A stretch of 64,000 bases of DNA from the human T2T-CHM13v2.0 reference genome, Homo sapiens, in assembly GCF_009914755.1 (NCBI RefSeq), contig NC_060947.1; one strand, written 5' to 3'. Below, piece by piece: positions 1 to 11,901 of this stretch. A program made the position numbers and the translations under genes. The notes beneath the pieces were generated by a model that made no database searches, was not told the origin of the DNA, and saw only the letters and a program-made list of their open reading frames with translations. Positions within the stretch are counted from its first letter, which is position 1. Every line of letters begins with the position of its first letter.

Positions 1-1039
1 ACTTTATTTTTCTTTTCTTTTCTTTTTTTTTATGAACTGCAACTAGAAAGAGAAAAATCTGGGAACTTTAAGCTATAGCAGCAGTGAATCATGTACACAC
101 CCTAAATAATCCTGTAGTGGGTCTGAAAAACATCGCCTATATGATATTGAAAAGACATTCTGTCCCTTTCCTTTTGCCTTATTTCCTAGTATTGAATAAA
201 GTTGCTTAACAATTCTCTTTATATGCAAAGCTTTAACAAAGATATCAGAAGACAAAGTCCCCACATTTAAAGTACAGTTGATTTTCCAAATGTTCACAAA
301 TCTGTCATTCTAACCCTGGCTTTCTACACAATCTATTTGGTCCTATAAGTGAAGTAGAGACAGCTTCCTCGAAAGAAACATAAAGGAAACGGGCCGCTGA
401 ATATGGTACACAATAATGTGAACAAAAAGATCAGGTTAATAAAGTTGTGTCCCGTCCTTTAAATTCAATATAATTTGTTGTTTTCTTTGTGGTGTAACAT
501 GTGTTGTTGACTGCAGAAAAGTTAACCTATAAAGACAGAGCTCAGATATTCTTTTAATAGAAAATAAACTTTGGCGAGTTTCAGATAGAAATGAATAGTA
601 TGACCTTTTACCAGAAAGTCACTACAAAGTTGAATCTTTCCTCACAGATTTTCAGAAAGCATACCCATAGCCTGAAATATTTCAATCCCATGCTTCCCTA
701 GCTCCTAACATATCTCTCTTCTTCTTCACAGTTACCAATAAAAAAAAACCATAGAAACTCACATAGGCAAGAATTTTGTCTTTATTTATGTGCTCCCAGG
801 ACCTATGACCAAAGCTTGATCCATAATAGGTACTCAGCAAATGTATAGCAAATGTATATTGATGTGAGGGTGGATGAAAATAGGAATCATAGACATTGAT
901 AGTTCTTTCCCATGCTGAAGTCAGCCTTTCCTTCTCTGAGTTCATAGCAGTGAGAGTCCCATCTTCTTTTTTTGCCATATATAGCTATTAAATATAAAGA
1001 GTATGTTGCCTAATCTCTACATATTCATGGCTGTCTATC

Positions 1040-1142
1040 TTTCCTTCCTAGCCTGCCTGCCTGCCTTCCCTCCTTCCTTCCCTCCTTCCCTCCCTCCCGC
1101 CTTCCTTCTTTCCTTCCTTCCTTCCTTTTTCTTTCTTTCTTT
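1040..1142. repeat. Polypyrimidine simple repeat (CCTG/CCTT/CTTT)n
   Basis: Run of gcct, cctt, ccct and cttt tetramers read directly. Confidence 0.9.
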
Positions 1143-1605
1143 GCAATGCTAGGCCTTCATCCCCAAGAAATAATCAATCTGACCCCAAATAATAATTCAT
1201 AACACAGACTTTACTAAGTTCTAAGGTTTTAATGGGAAGGAAAAGAGAAGACAGAACAAAGAATGGAGATACTAGCATTCTAAAATACAGGCAGAGGAAA
1301 CACTCTTCTAGTCATGTTGAGGACTATATAGGAAATGCAGGTGTGGAGCTCTGATGAGAAGCCACCTATATACAATTTGCCAAAGATTGACTTTGACTCT
1401 CAACGTCAAGCTGATTTTACAAGGACAACTATTTCAAATTATTATTGGTGGTGCATGGTATCCAGAGTACATAGTAATGTATTTTATTTGAGAAGCTTCA
1501 AACACACTCAATGTTTAACCCCTTCTGCAGAATCCTAATGCTTGAGACTGCAGATATAGAAAATAAAAGAACCAAAGAAAAAGATTTGTACCAGGTGTAG
1601 GATAA

Positions 1606-2009
<404 letters not shown>

Positions 2010-2019
2010 TAGTAGAGTA

Positions 2020-2416
2020 GTAGACATTGCTAACTCTCTGACATCTGGTTCTCTTGTACTTCTGGGTACACAGAGGACTATATACTCCCTTAAAGTGAAG
2101 TGTGATTATGTAAATAGTTTTAACCAATGAAATATGAATGAAAGTAACATGTCATTGTTGGTCAGGAGCATTTAAGAGCTGGTGCATGACTTTGAAGTTT
2201 CCTTTTCCACAGAATCATAGAAACATATGCAAATACAGATGCTGTAAGAGTGAAGCAGTATGGAATAATAAGCCCCTCACCTTCAGGAAAGCTGCCCTGA
2301 AGAATTTTCCAGACCAACAGTGGACCTTATGTAAATGAAAATAAAATTCAATAAGCTGCTGAGATTCTGAAATAAATTGTTCCCACAGCATAACTTAGCC
2401 CAACCTGACTAATGTA
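2020..2416 (+). mobile_element. Old MaLR solo LTR (MLT1H/I/J-like)
   Basis: Motifs ccaatgaaatatgaatgaaagtaacatgtca, aagctgctgagattc and terminal acagcataacttagcccaacctgactaat resemble MLT1 consensus. Confidence 0.7.
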
Positions 2417-4708
2417 GAGAACATGATAAAAATAGAGACATGAAGGCAAATTTGTCCAGCTGTCTGGTTAGAAGGATCTAATATACCCTTTTATTAATGT
2501 GAAAGTATGGTAAACATGTTAGTGTCTTCCACCAGAGATTTTTTTTTTAAGTTACAAAAGAACTTATTAGACAAACACACCAATAGATTGAATCTAAGGG
2601 TTTGGTTGGAAAGCCGCTGGGCCATTTAAAGCAGCAGAAGCCCAAAGCCACATGCTTCAAGCATTACTCTGAAAATTTGTGGAAACAAGAAGAGTCCTGC
2701 CCTATCCTCTCTCTTTGACTGAAGTCTGTGATTCTGATACCTGAGAGGACTGGAAGGAAATGTTTCCCACTTTTTACAAAAATTCAACTTTTTTGTTACA
2801 AAGGAATTGTACACTTGGATTACCTGTTCATACACATGGGATATTGCCTTTGAGAAACCAACAAAAAGTTATTGAAGAAGTATTTCATAACATGTAAAGT
2901 GAATAAAATAATATTCTCTATTAAACTGTATTTTTAGTCTCATCTGGCACCAACTGTCAGAAAGTTATAACGGGTTGTTTGGAGGACATTCTTCTTCTTT
3001 ACAATAGAATGAAAGAGTCTAATTAGCAAATAATAGATAATTATATAATATATATGCTCAAATCTTATGAGAGTCACATGAACATAAAGTCTTCAGTTAA
3101 TTTAGGAAGAAGGGAATATTTTCAGTCATTTCTGATAATAGCACTAGATATTTCAAGAGCATAATTGTAATGTGTCATAATCACATACAGTGTGCTTTAC
3201 TTTGAAGCCATTGATCACTAAATTTAATTGTTAATGGCACAGGCTACCAAGAAATAGCAAGGAATGTGACATCTATGTAGACCTCAGCTGGCCTCAAGAA
3301 ATCAAAAGAAAATGAGAACAAAATGCACAAGACATAGTTGGAAGGTCTGGGTTTCTGAGATGTGGGCTACAAGACTATATTACATAGAAAACTAAAAGAA
3401 GAGTTTTCAAGCAAAACTGGCAAGGGAATTTCACAGAACTAATTTTTTAAAGGAGATAATAAAAGCAGCAGTTAAAATGCATGTCCATGTATTAGGTTCC
3501 TGCAGTTGAATCCATTATGAACATGATAGCTCTTCACACCCAAGAAGTATTATCTTCACAGCCCCTTACAAACTTCTGCTTGTTCACCACCACGGAGAGT
3601 CTATTTGGAACAAGAATCGCTTTCCAGTCAAAATCCTAGATGAAGATATAAAAATGTTGACTTTGTGCTTTTATAAAATAGCCCAATTGTTCACATGTAG
3701 TGTGTGCTGGTAGAACTAGCTCTCCCCAAGCTTGGCTCACTATTGGGAGTCCAGAACTCTCTGGGATAGACACATTGGCCAGGACTGAAGTTTTAAAGCA
3801 TCAAATACTGCAAATAAAAGTAGGCAGTTTCACATAGAGACTTCATGATATTAGTTGAGCCATCACTTCCTTCATTATCATTTTTGTGCCTTTGGTGCCA
3901 CTCTGCGGTTTGGTTCAAACTCTTCTCAAAACTTGCAGTGCAGCAGACAGTAAATCTAGCTACAAAACCGAGTCACATTTCCTAGCACAAACTTCTGGCC
4001 TACTCAGAAAAACAAGGTACTCCCTCAAAGAGGGATTTTCTTGAGTAATACTAAGCAAAACTGCCTTTGAGGAATGCCTAGTAGTGTGAGTCTTGATTTT
4101 GCTTCAAGTTCCATTGCTGAGTAACTTTGGGGAGGTTATAACATCTGTTTAGAAGAGTAGAATAATGGCACCATTTCCCTTCTTAGCAAGAATAATTTCA
4201 AATCAACATTATAAATGAAATTACACAACTATTTTCAATTCAATTAAAACAAATATTTATACAAATTTTCGTATGTACCATTGACTGAGCTAGGTAATGA
4301 TATCTCAGTACCAAAATAACTCATGTGACCAGGGATAATCATTTTCAAAAAAAAAATTAAGTTAGGCTATTTCAGATATAATTTACAGAAAAATTCATCC
4401 TTTTTGGTGATATAATTCTATGAAATTTGGCAAATGTACACACTCATATAACCACCCCCACAATTAAGGTTTAGAATACGTTCATCACCCAAAAGGTCTC
4501 CTCATGCCTTTTTGTAATCAGTTCCCTCCATCCGCCTCTAGCCCCTGGCAATACCTGACCCCTTTACTGTCCCTATAGTTCTGCCTTTTCGTGAATATAA
4601 CATAAATGCCATCATATGGTATGCAGCCTTTTGGATCTGGCTTCTTTCCACATAGCATAATATTCTTAAATTCAACCACATTGTTTCATGTGCCAATAAT
4701 TTGTTCCT

Positions 4709-4930
4709 CAATGATAAGACATGGACATAGGGAGGGGAACATCATACACCATGGCCTGTCAAGTGAGGGGGCGCTAGGGGATAACATTAGGAGAAATACT
4801 TCATGTAGGTGACGGGTTGATGGGTGCAGCAAACTACAATGGCACGTGTGTACCTATGTAACAAAACTGCATGTTCTACACATATACCCCAGAACTTAAA
4901 GTATAATAATAAAATAATAATAATAATAAT
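4709..4930 (+). mobile_element. 5'-truncated L1PA (PA7/PA8-like) 3'UTR fragment
   Basis: acatggacatagggaggggaacatca...cagaacttaaagtataat plus (AAT)n tail; approximate TSD aataatttgttcct (4695-4708)/agtaatttgtttct (4931-4944). Confidence 0.9.
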
Positions 4931-5506
4931 AGTAATTTGTTTCTTTTCATTGCTGAGGCATATTCCATTGTATAGATATATGTCAATGTGTTTATCCATT
5001 CACCAGTTGATGCACGCTGAGTTGTTTTTAGTTTTTTTTTGTAATTATAAAGCTGCTTTATATAAACATTTAAGTAGATATCTTTGCATTACCATATGTT
5101 TTCATTTCTCTTGAGTAAATATCTAGGAGTAGGATTGCTTTATCATACAATTAGCATATGTTTAATTTTATTCAAAACTGCCAAACTATTTTCCAAAGAG
5201 AATTTACTATTTTCCATAAAGAGTAATGCCTGAAAATTCTATTTATTCCACAACCTCACCGGAACTTAGTATTGTCAGTTTGTTAAATATTTTTGCTTAT
5301 TGTTGTTGTTGTTTTTGTTAGCTATCCTAATAGGTGTATATAGTTGTATCTCTCAGTACCATTAATTTCCATTTATCCATTGCTAATGATGCTGAACGTC
5401 TATTCATGTGCTTTTTGCTATAATTATCTCTACCTTGGTAAAATGTTCATTCAAGTATTTGCCCATTTTTTGATAACAGCTTTATTGATATATAATACAC
5501 ATATCA

Positions 5507-5775
5507 AGTCAGGCATGGTGTCTCATGCCTATAATTCCAGCTATTTGGAAGGCCAAGGTGGAATTCGAGACCAGCCTGGGCAACACAGGGAGACTCTATC
5601 TCTTATATATAAGCCAGGCATGGTGGCACACGCTTGTACTCCCAGATACCTAGGAGACTGAAGTGGAAGGATCACTTGAGCCCAGGAGTTAGAGATTGCA
5701 GTGAACTATGATCACATTATTGTACTTCAATGTGGGTGACAGAGTGAGACCCTGTGTCTAAGAAAATAAATAAAT
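5507..5775 (+). mobile_element. AluJ with ~20-bp deletion in the left arm
   Basis: AluJ diagnostics aggatcacttgagcccaggagtt and gagaccctgt; the ggatcacttgagg segment of the left arm is missing. Confidence 0.9.
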
Positions 5776-7086
5776 ATTCAAATATCATATAATTTATTCA
5801 TCTATAGTGTACAATTCAATGATTTTTAGTCTATTCAGGGTTGTGCAGCCATCACCATAAACAATTTTAGAATATTTTCTTCACCTCAGAAAGAAATCTT
5901 GTACCCTTTAGCTATCACTCTGCAATACTTCCACAACCCTCACCCTAAGCAACCACTAATCTATTTCCTGTCTTCATTTATTTACCTATTCTGGACATTT
6001 AATATAATTGGAATCATATAATAGGTATGGTCTTTTGTAACTAGCTACTTTCACTTAATCTAGTGTCTTCTAGGTTCATCCACATTGTAGCATGCATAGC
6101 TACTTCATTCCCTTTCATGGCTAAATAATTTTCTTTTGTATGAATATACCATATTTTGTTTATCTGTTCATCAGTTGATTGACATTCGGTTGTTTTAACT
6201 TTTGGGCTGTTACATATAATGCTGCTATAATCATTCATGTACACATTTTTGTATAGACATAATGTTTTTAATTCTCTTGTGTACATAGTTAGGAGTGGTA
6301 ACTCTGTGTTTAACTTATTGAAGAACTACCAAACTGATTTCCAAAGCAGCTGCACCATTTTACACCCCCAATAGAAATGAAAGATTGTTGGATTTCTCAT
6401 GCATTTTCTCCAACACTTGTTAATTTCCTTATTTTTGAATTATGGTCATCCAAGTAGATGTGAAGCAGTATCTCTGTGGTTTTTATTTGCATTTCCCTGA
6501 TGACTAATAATGTTAAGTACATTTTAATGTATCTATTGGTCATTTGCATATTTTAGTTGGAGAAATGCCTATTTAAGTCATTTTTTTCATTTATTAATAG
6601 AGCCATATGCTTTTATATTACTGAATTGAAGAGTTCGTAGTTATTGTAGATACAGATCCTTTGCAAAATTTCATAAGCATTTTCTTCCATTCTGTGTGTT
6701 GTTTTTAATTTCTTGAAAGTGTCCTCTGAAGCAAAAAAGTTTTTAAATTTAAATTTTTTCAAATTTAATTTTGATGAAATCCAATTTATCTATTTTTCCT
6801 TTTGTCGTTTGTGCTTTTGGTGTCATATCTAAGAAATCATTGCCAAATCCGAGGTCATAAATATTTACCCCTATTTTTTTCTAAGAGTTTTATAGTTTTG
6901 CCTCTTACATTTAGATCTTCGATAAATTTTGAGCTAATTTTTGTTTGTGATGTGAGATAAAGTTCCAAATATATTATTTTGCTTGTGGATATTCAGATGT
7001 CCTAGCACCATTGGTTAAAATGATCATTATTTCCTCATTGAATGGTCTTAGCATCCTCAACAAAAACTGATTAACCACAGATATAT

Positions 7087-7628
7087 TGTGTGCCAGGTGT
7101 CCCCCAAACCATCTTCAGTCTTTATGATTTTCTAGAAGGGATTATAGGACTCAGAGCCCTGTTATGTTTACAGTTTATTACAGTGAAAGGATACAGACTA
7201 AAATTGGCAGAGATAAAACACTCATGGGGTGAAATCCAGGAAAAACCAGGATCAGGCTCCCCTATGTCCTCTCCCCGTAGAATCACAGAGAGGGCTTAAT
7301 TATCTCAGCAATAATATGTGACAACCCCTGTAAAGTGTTGTCAACCAGGAAAGGTCACCTGAGCATTGGTGTCCAGAGTCTGTATTGGGGATTGGTCATG
7401 TAAGCATACAACACTTTTATGACTGACTTCAACTACGCAGACTCCAGACACAAGAGCAAAACCTGACATTCACCATATATCACATTGTTAGCATAAACTA
7501 TCTGTTCAAACTGGTAACATACATCTCCCAGGAGCCAGTAAAGTGGCAGTAATGAAGACAGGCAAATTTGGGGGCTATTTGAAGTTTGAGCAACCCGGGC
7601 ATTCTGAGTTAACACTTTCCCTTATACA
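7087..7628. mobile_element. ERVL-type solo LTR (MER77/MER21-like) inserted in L1
   Basis: Begins tgtgtgccaggtgtcccccaaacca, contains gtttattacagtgaaaggatacaga and ends ctgagttaacactttcccttataca; L1 sequence resumes on both sides. Confidence 0.7.
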
Positions 7629-8551
7629 TAGGTTTATTTCTATAGTCTCATTTCTATCGCACTCATCTATGTCTATCTTTATATTATCATCACACTGTTT
7701 TGATTACTGTTGCTTTGCAGTAAGTTGTGAAATCAAGAAATGTAAGTCTTTCAACTTTGTTCTTCTAATTCAAGATTTTTTGGCTATTCTGGATCCCTTC
7801 AGTTTCTATATAAATTTTAGGAGTGAATTCTCAATGTACACAAAAAAATGCAGCTGAAATTAAGAAAGAAAATTGCATTAATCTGTGGATCAATTCAGGG
7901 AGTACTAACATCTTAAAAGTATTAAGTCTTCTCATCCATGACTGCATGATTTTTTTCCATTTTTTATGTTTCTCACTTTTTTTAGTTTTCAAAATATGTG
8001 TTTTTTATTTTTTAGTAAATTCACTCCTCAGTATTTTATTATTTTTGATGCTACAGTAAATGGAATTGTTTTTTAAGTTTCATTTTCAGATCATTGCTAT
8101 TGTATAGAAATAAATCTGATTTGGGAATATTGATCTTGTATCCTGCAACATTTGTGAAGTTGTATATTAGATCTAATACTTTTATAATGGAACTCTCAGG
8201 ATTTTTTTTATATACGATATCATGTCGTCTGTGAATAGAAACCTTTTACTTCTTCCTTTTCCATCTGGATGCCCTTTATTGCATTTTTTTTCTCTAATCG
8301 TTCTAGCTAGTACTTCCAGTACAATGTTCAATGGTAAAGGTGAGAGTGCACATCCTTGTCTTAGTCCTGACCTTAGGGGGACAGCATCCAGATTTTCACC
8401 ATTAAGTATGATGTCAGCTTTGGGCTTTTCATAGACGTCCTATGTCAGGTTGAAGAAATACCCCTCTTTTGATAATTTACTGAGTGATTTTATCATGAGG
8501 GGGTGTTGGATTTTGTTACATAATTTTTCTGCATCTGTTGAGATGATCATG

Positions 8552-8559
8552 TGTCTTTG

Positions 8560-8594
<35 letters not shown>

Positions 8595-8959
8595 ATAACA
8601 GAATACCACAGACTAGGAAATTTATAATGAACAGAAATCTGTTGGATCGTAATTCTGGAGGCTGAGAAGTCCAAGATTGAAAGACCAATCTTGTGAGGGT
8701 CTTCTTGCTGCATCATTCCATGGCAGAAGGGCAAAGAGAGGGCAAGAGAGAGAAATAGGGGGCTAAATTCATCCTTTTATAAGGAACCCAGTCATTCCTG
8801 TAATAAAAAATTCACTCTCACAATAACATCATTAATCTATTCATGAGGACAGTTTTCCTGGCCTAATCACCTCTTAATGGTCCCACCTTTTAATACTGTT
8901 ACAATGTACATTAAATTTCAGCATGAGTTTGGGAAGGGACTCACATTCAAACCATCACA
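8552..8959 (-). mobile_element. MaLR solo LTR (MSTC/MSTD-like)
   Basis: tg...ca termini, gctataacagaataccacagact...cattcaaaccatcaca; 5-bp TSD tcatg/ttatg; contains a T30 run at 8562-8591. Confidence 0.85.
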
Positions 8960-9262
8960 TTATGTGGTTTTTGGACATTATTCTCTTGATACAGTATATT
9001 ATATTGACAAATTTTCATATATGGAGCCAACTTTGCATTCCTGGGGCAATTGGGTTGTATAATCATTAAGCTGGATAATATGCTTCGTTTTTTAAAATTT
9101 TGCCAATATTTGTTTTTCTGTCCTCTGTTTCATTAATTTTAATTTTATTGTTGATTATTGATTTTCTTCTTTTTGCTTTAGATTTTACTTGCTATTTTTT
9201 TTTCCAGTGCCTTAAAGTAGAAAGTTAGATTATTGACTTAGGATCGTCCTTCTTTTTTAATA

Positions 9263-9614
9263 CATAGAGTCCCCGACTTATGATGGTTCAACTTATAATT
9301 TTTTGACTTTTTGATGGTACAAAAGTGATACATACTCAGTAGAAACTGTGCTTCAAGTACTCGTACAAACATTCTGTTTTTCACTTTCAGTATTCAATAA
9401 ATTATGAGATATTCAACATTATTATAAAAAAGGCTTTGTGTTAGATGATTTGCCCAACTGTAATGTAAGTATTCTAAGCATATTTAAGGTAGGCTAGGCT
9501 AAGCTATAATGTTCAGTAGGTTAGGGGTATTAAATGCATTTTTAACTTACAATATGTTCAATTTATGGTGGATTTATTGGGATGTAACCTCACTGTAAGT
9601 TGACAAGCATTTTG
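9263..9614 (-). mobile_element. MER47A (TcMar-Tigger non-autonomous DNA transposon)
   Basis: gtccccgacttatgatggttcaactta, ttaaggtaggctaggctaagcta and the degenerate terminal inverted repeat gtaagttgacaagcattttg match remembered MER47A. Confidence 0.85.
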
Positions 9615-9663
9615 TCTAAGCACTTTTTAAGCTGCATTATGTAAGTTTTGGTATTTTATGTCT

Positions 9664-9733
9664 TCATTTTTTTCCATCTCAAAGTATTTTCTAATTTCTC
9701 ATTTTTTTCCATCTCAGAGTATTTTCTAATTTC
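9664..9733. repeat. 35-bp tandem duplication (2 copies, 1 mismatch) within L1
   Basis: tcatttttttccatctca(a/g)agtattttctaatttc repeated head to tail. Confidence 0.9.
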
Positions 9734-9879
9734 TCTTGTGATTTCTTCTTTAATCCATTGGTTAGTTAAGAGTTTGCGGCTTTCCATTTATTTGTGAGTT
9801 TACCAAATTTTTATTATTGATATCTTATTTTATTTCACTGATGTTAGAAAGTATACTTGGTATTATTTCAACCGTTTAG

Positions 9880-9938
9880 GCGCCACTGCACTCCAGCCTG
9901 GGTGACAGAGCGAGACTCCCGTCTCAAAAAAAAAAAAA
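9880..9938 (+). mobile_element. Extremely 5'-truncated Alu (3' ~46 nt plus A13)
   Basis: gcgccactgcactccagcctgggtgacagagcgagactcccgtctc followed by poly(A); CpGs largely retained, suggesting a young copy. Confidence 0.9.
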
Positions 9939-11435
9939 TTCATTAAGGTTTATTTTATGGCCTTGAATATAGACGATTCTGGAAAATGTTCCATGTGCAC
10001 TTGAGAAGACTGTATATCCTGCTGTTGTTAAATGAAATGTTTTATAAATGTCAGTTAGATCTTAGTTTATAGTGTTGTTCAAGTCTTCTATTTATACATT
10101 TATCTGTTGATGAACATTTGGGTTACTTCCACCCTTTGGCTATTATGAATAATGCTGCTATAAACGTAAGTTATAAATGTTTGAGTGCCTGATTTCAATT
10201 CTTTTGGGTGTACATCTGGAAACTGAATTGCTATATCAAAAAGTAATTCAATTATTAATTTTTTGAGGTACCACCTTACAGTTTTCACAGTGCCTGCATC
10301 ATTTTATATTCCCACCAGCAGGGCACAGGGTTCAAATTTCTCCACATCATCGACGAAGTATGTCATTTTCTGTGGGTTTTGTTTGTTCATTTATTTATAG
10401 TAGCCATCTTAATGGGTGTGTGGAGTGCTATCTCGCTGTGATTTTGATTTGCACTTTACTAATGATTATGTTGTGCATCTTTTCATGAGCTTATTGGCCA
10501 TTTGTGTATCTTCTTTGGAGAAATGGTATTCAATTTCTTTGCCCACTTTTTTGATTGTTTGTTTTATGTTGTTAAGTTGTAAGAGTTTTTATATGTATTC
10601 TGGAAATCCCTTATTTGATATATGATTTGCAAATATTTCCTCACATTATGTGAGCTGCCTTTTCTCTCTGTTGAGTATTATTTAATCCACAAAATTTTTA
10701 ATATTGGTGTTGTCAAATTTATCTATTTTTTCTTTTGTGCCTTATACTTTTGGCTTCATATTGAAGAAATAATTGCCAAATCCAATGTCATGAAGCTTTT
10801 GCCTAAGCTTATTTTAAAGAATGTTATAGTATTAGCTCATATGTTCAGGTCTTTGATCCATTTGGGGTTAATTTTTGCATATGCTCTAAGGTAAGTTTCT
10901 GTCTACATTCTTTTGTGTGTGAGTATTCCATTTTTCCAACACAATTTGTTGAAAAGACTGTTCTCCATTGAGTGGTCTTGGCATCCTTATAGAAAATCAT
11001 CGGACCATGAGGGTTTATTCCTGAAGTCCCTATTCCATCAGTCTATATGTCCGTCTTCATATCAGTACCACGACATTCTGATTACTACAGATTTGTAGTA
11101 AATTTTGAAATCAGAAACTGTGAGAGCTTCACTACATTCCTGCTTTTCAAGATTATTTTGGTTATTCAGGGTGCTTTGAGATTCTATATTAATTTTGGAA
11201 AGAATTTTTCTCTTTCTGCAAAAATCATCACTGGACTTTTTATATGGATTGCACTGAATTTCTAGATTCATTTGGATAGTATCAACATCTTAACAATATT
11301 AATTCCTCCAATTCATATATAGGAGTGTCTTTCTGTTTATTTGTGTCTTCCTTCATCTTATCAGAAACATTTTGTGGTTTTTAGTGTACAAACCTTTTCA
11401 TCCTTAAATTTATTGCTAAGTAGTTTATTCCTTTT

Positions 11436-11512
11436 AATTGATACATAATAATTGTACATATTTTGGGAGTACACTTGATATTTTGATATATGTATACAAT
11501 GTGTAATTAACA
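11436..11512 (-). mobile_element. Tiny L1MA 3'-tail insertion
   Basis: aattgatacataataattgtacata...tatacaatgtgtaa, flanked by approximate TSD aagtagtttattccttt/aagtatttcattctttt. Confidence 0.7.
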
Positions 11513-11830
11513 AAGTATTTCATTCTTTTTGATACTATTGTAAATGGAATTGTTTTCTGAATTTACGTTTTGGATTACTCATTGTTAGTGATAGAAATGC
11601 AATGGATTATTGAGTGTTCATTTTGTATCCTGAAACTTTACTGAATGCATTTATTAGTTATAGTTTTTCATGTGGAATCTTTAAAGTTTTTTACATATAA
11701 GATTATGTCACCTGCAAACAGAGATAATTTTACTACTTCCATTCTAAAATTGGATGGAACTTTATTTATTTCTCTTCCCTAATTGCTCTATCAGTATTGA
11801 CCCAATACTATTGTGAATAGAAGTGGTAGA

Positions 11831-11901
11831 CTCTCAGAAATATATACACCTACCAGGTACTCACAAAAATTATAAAATAGGCAAAATTTAAAAAAAAATT
11901 A
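11831..11901 (+). mobile_element. Tiny L1MA 3'-tail insertion
   Basis: aaatatatacacctaccaggtactcacaaaaatta plus A-rich tail, flanked by approximate TSD aatagaagtggtaga/aaaagaagtggcaaa. Confidence 0.7.

Noticed and set aside
1-300. T-rich start as a processed pseudogene tail
   Set aside because: No recognisable mRNA homology, poly(A) signal or TSD within the window.
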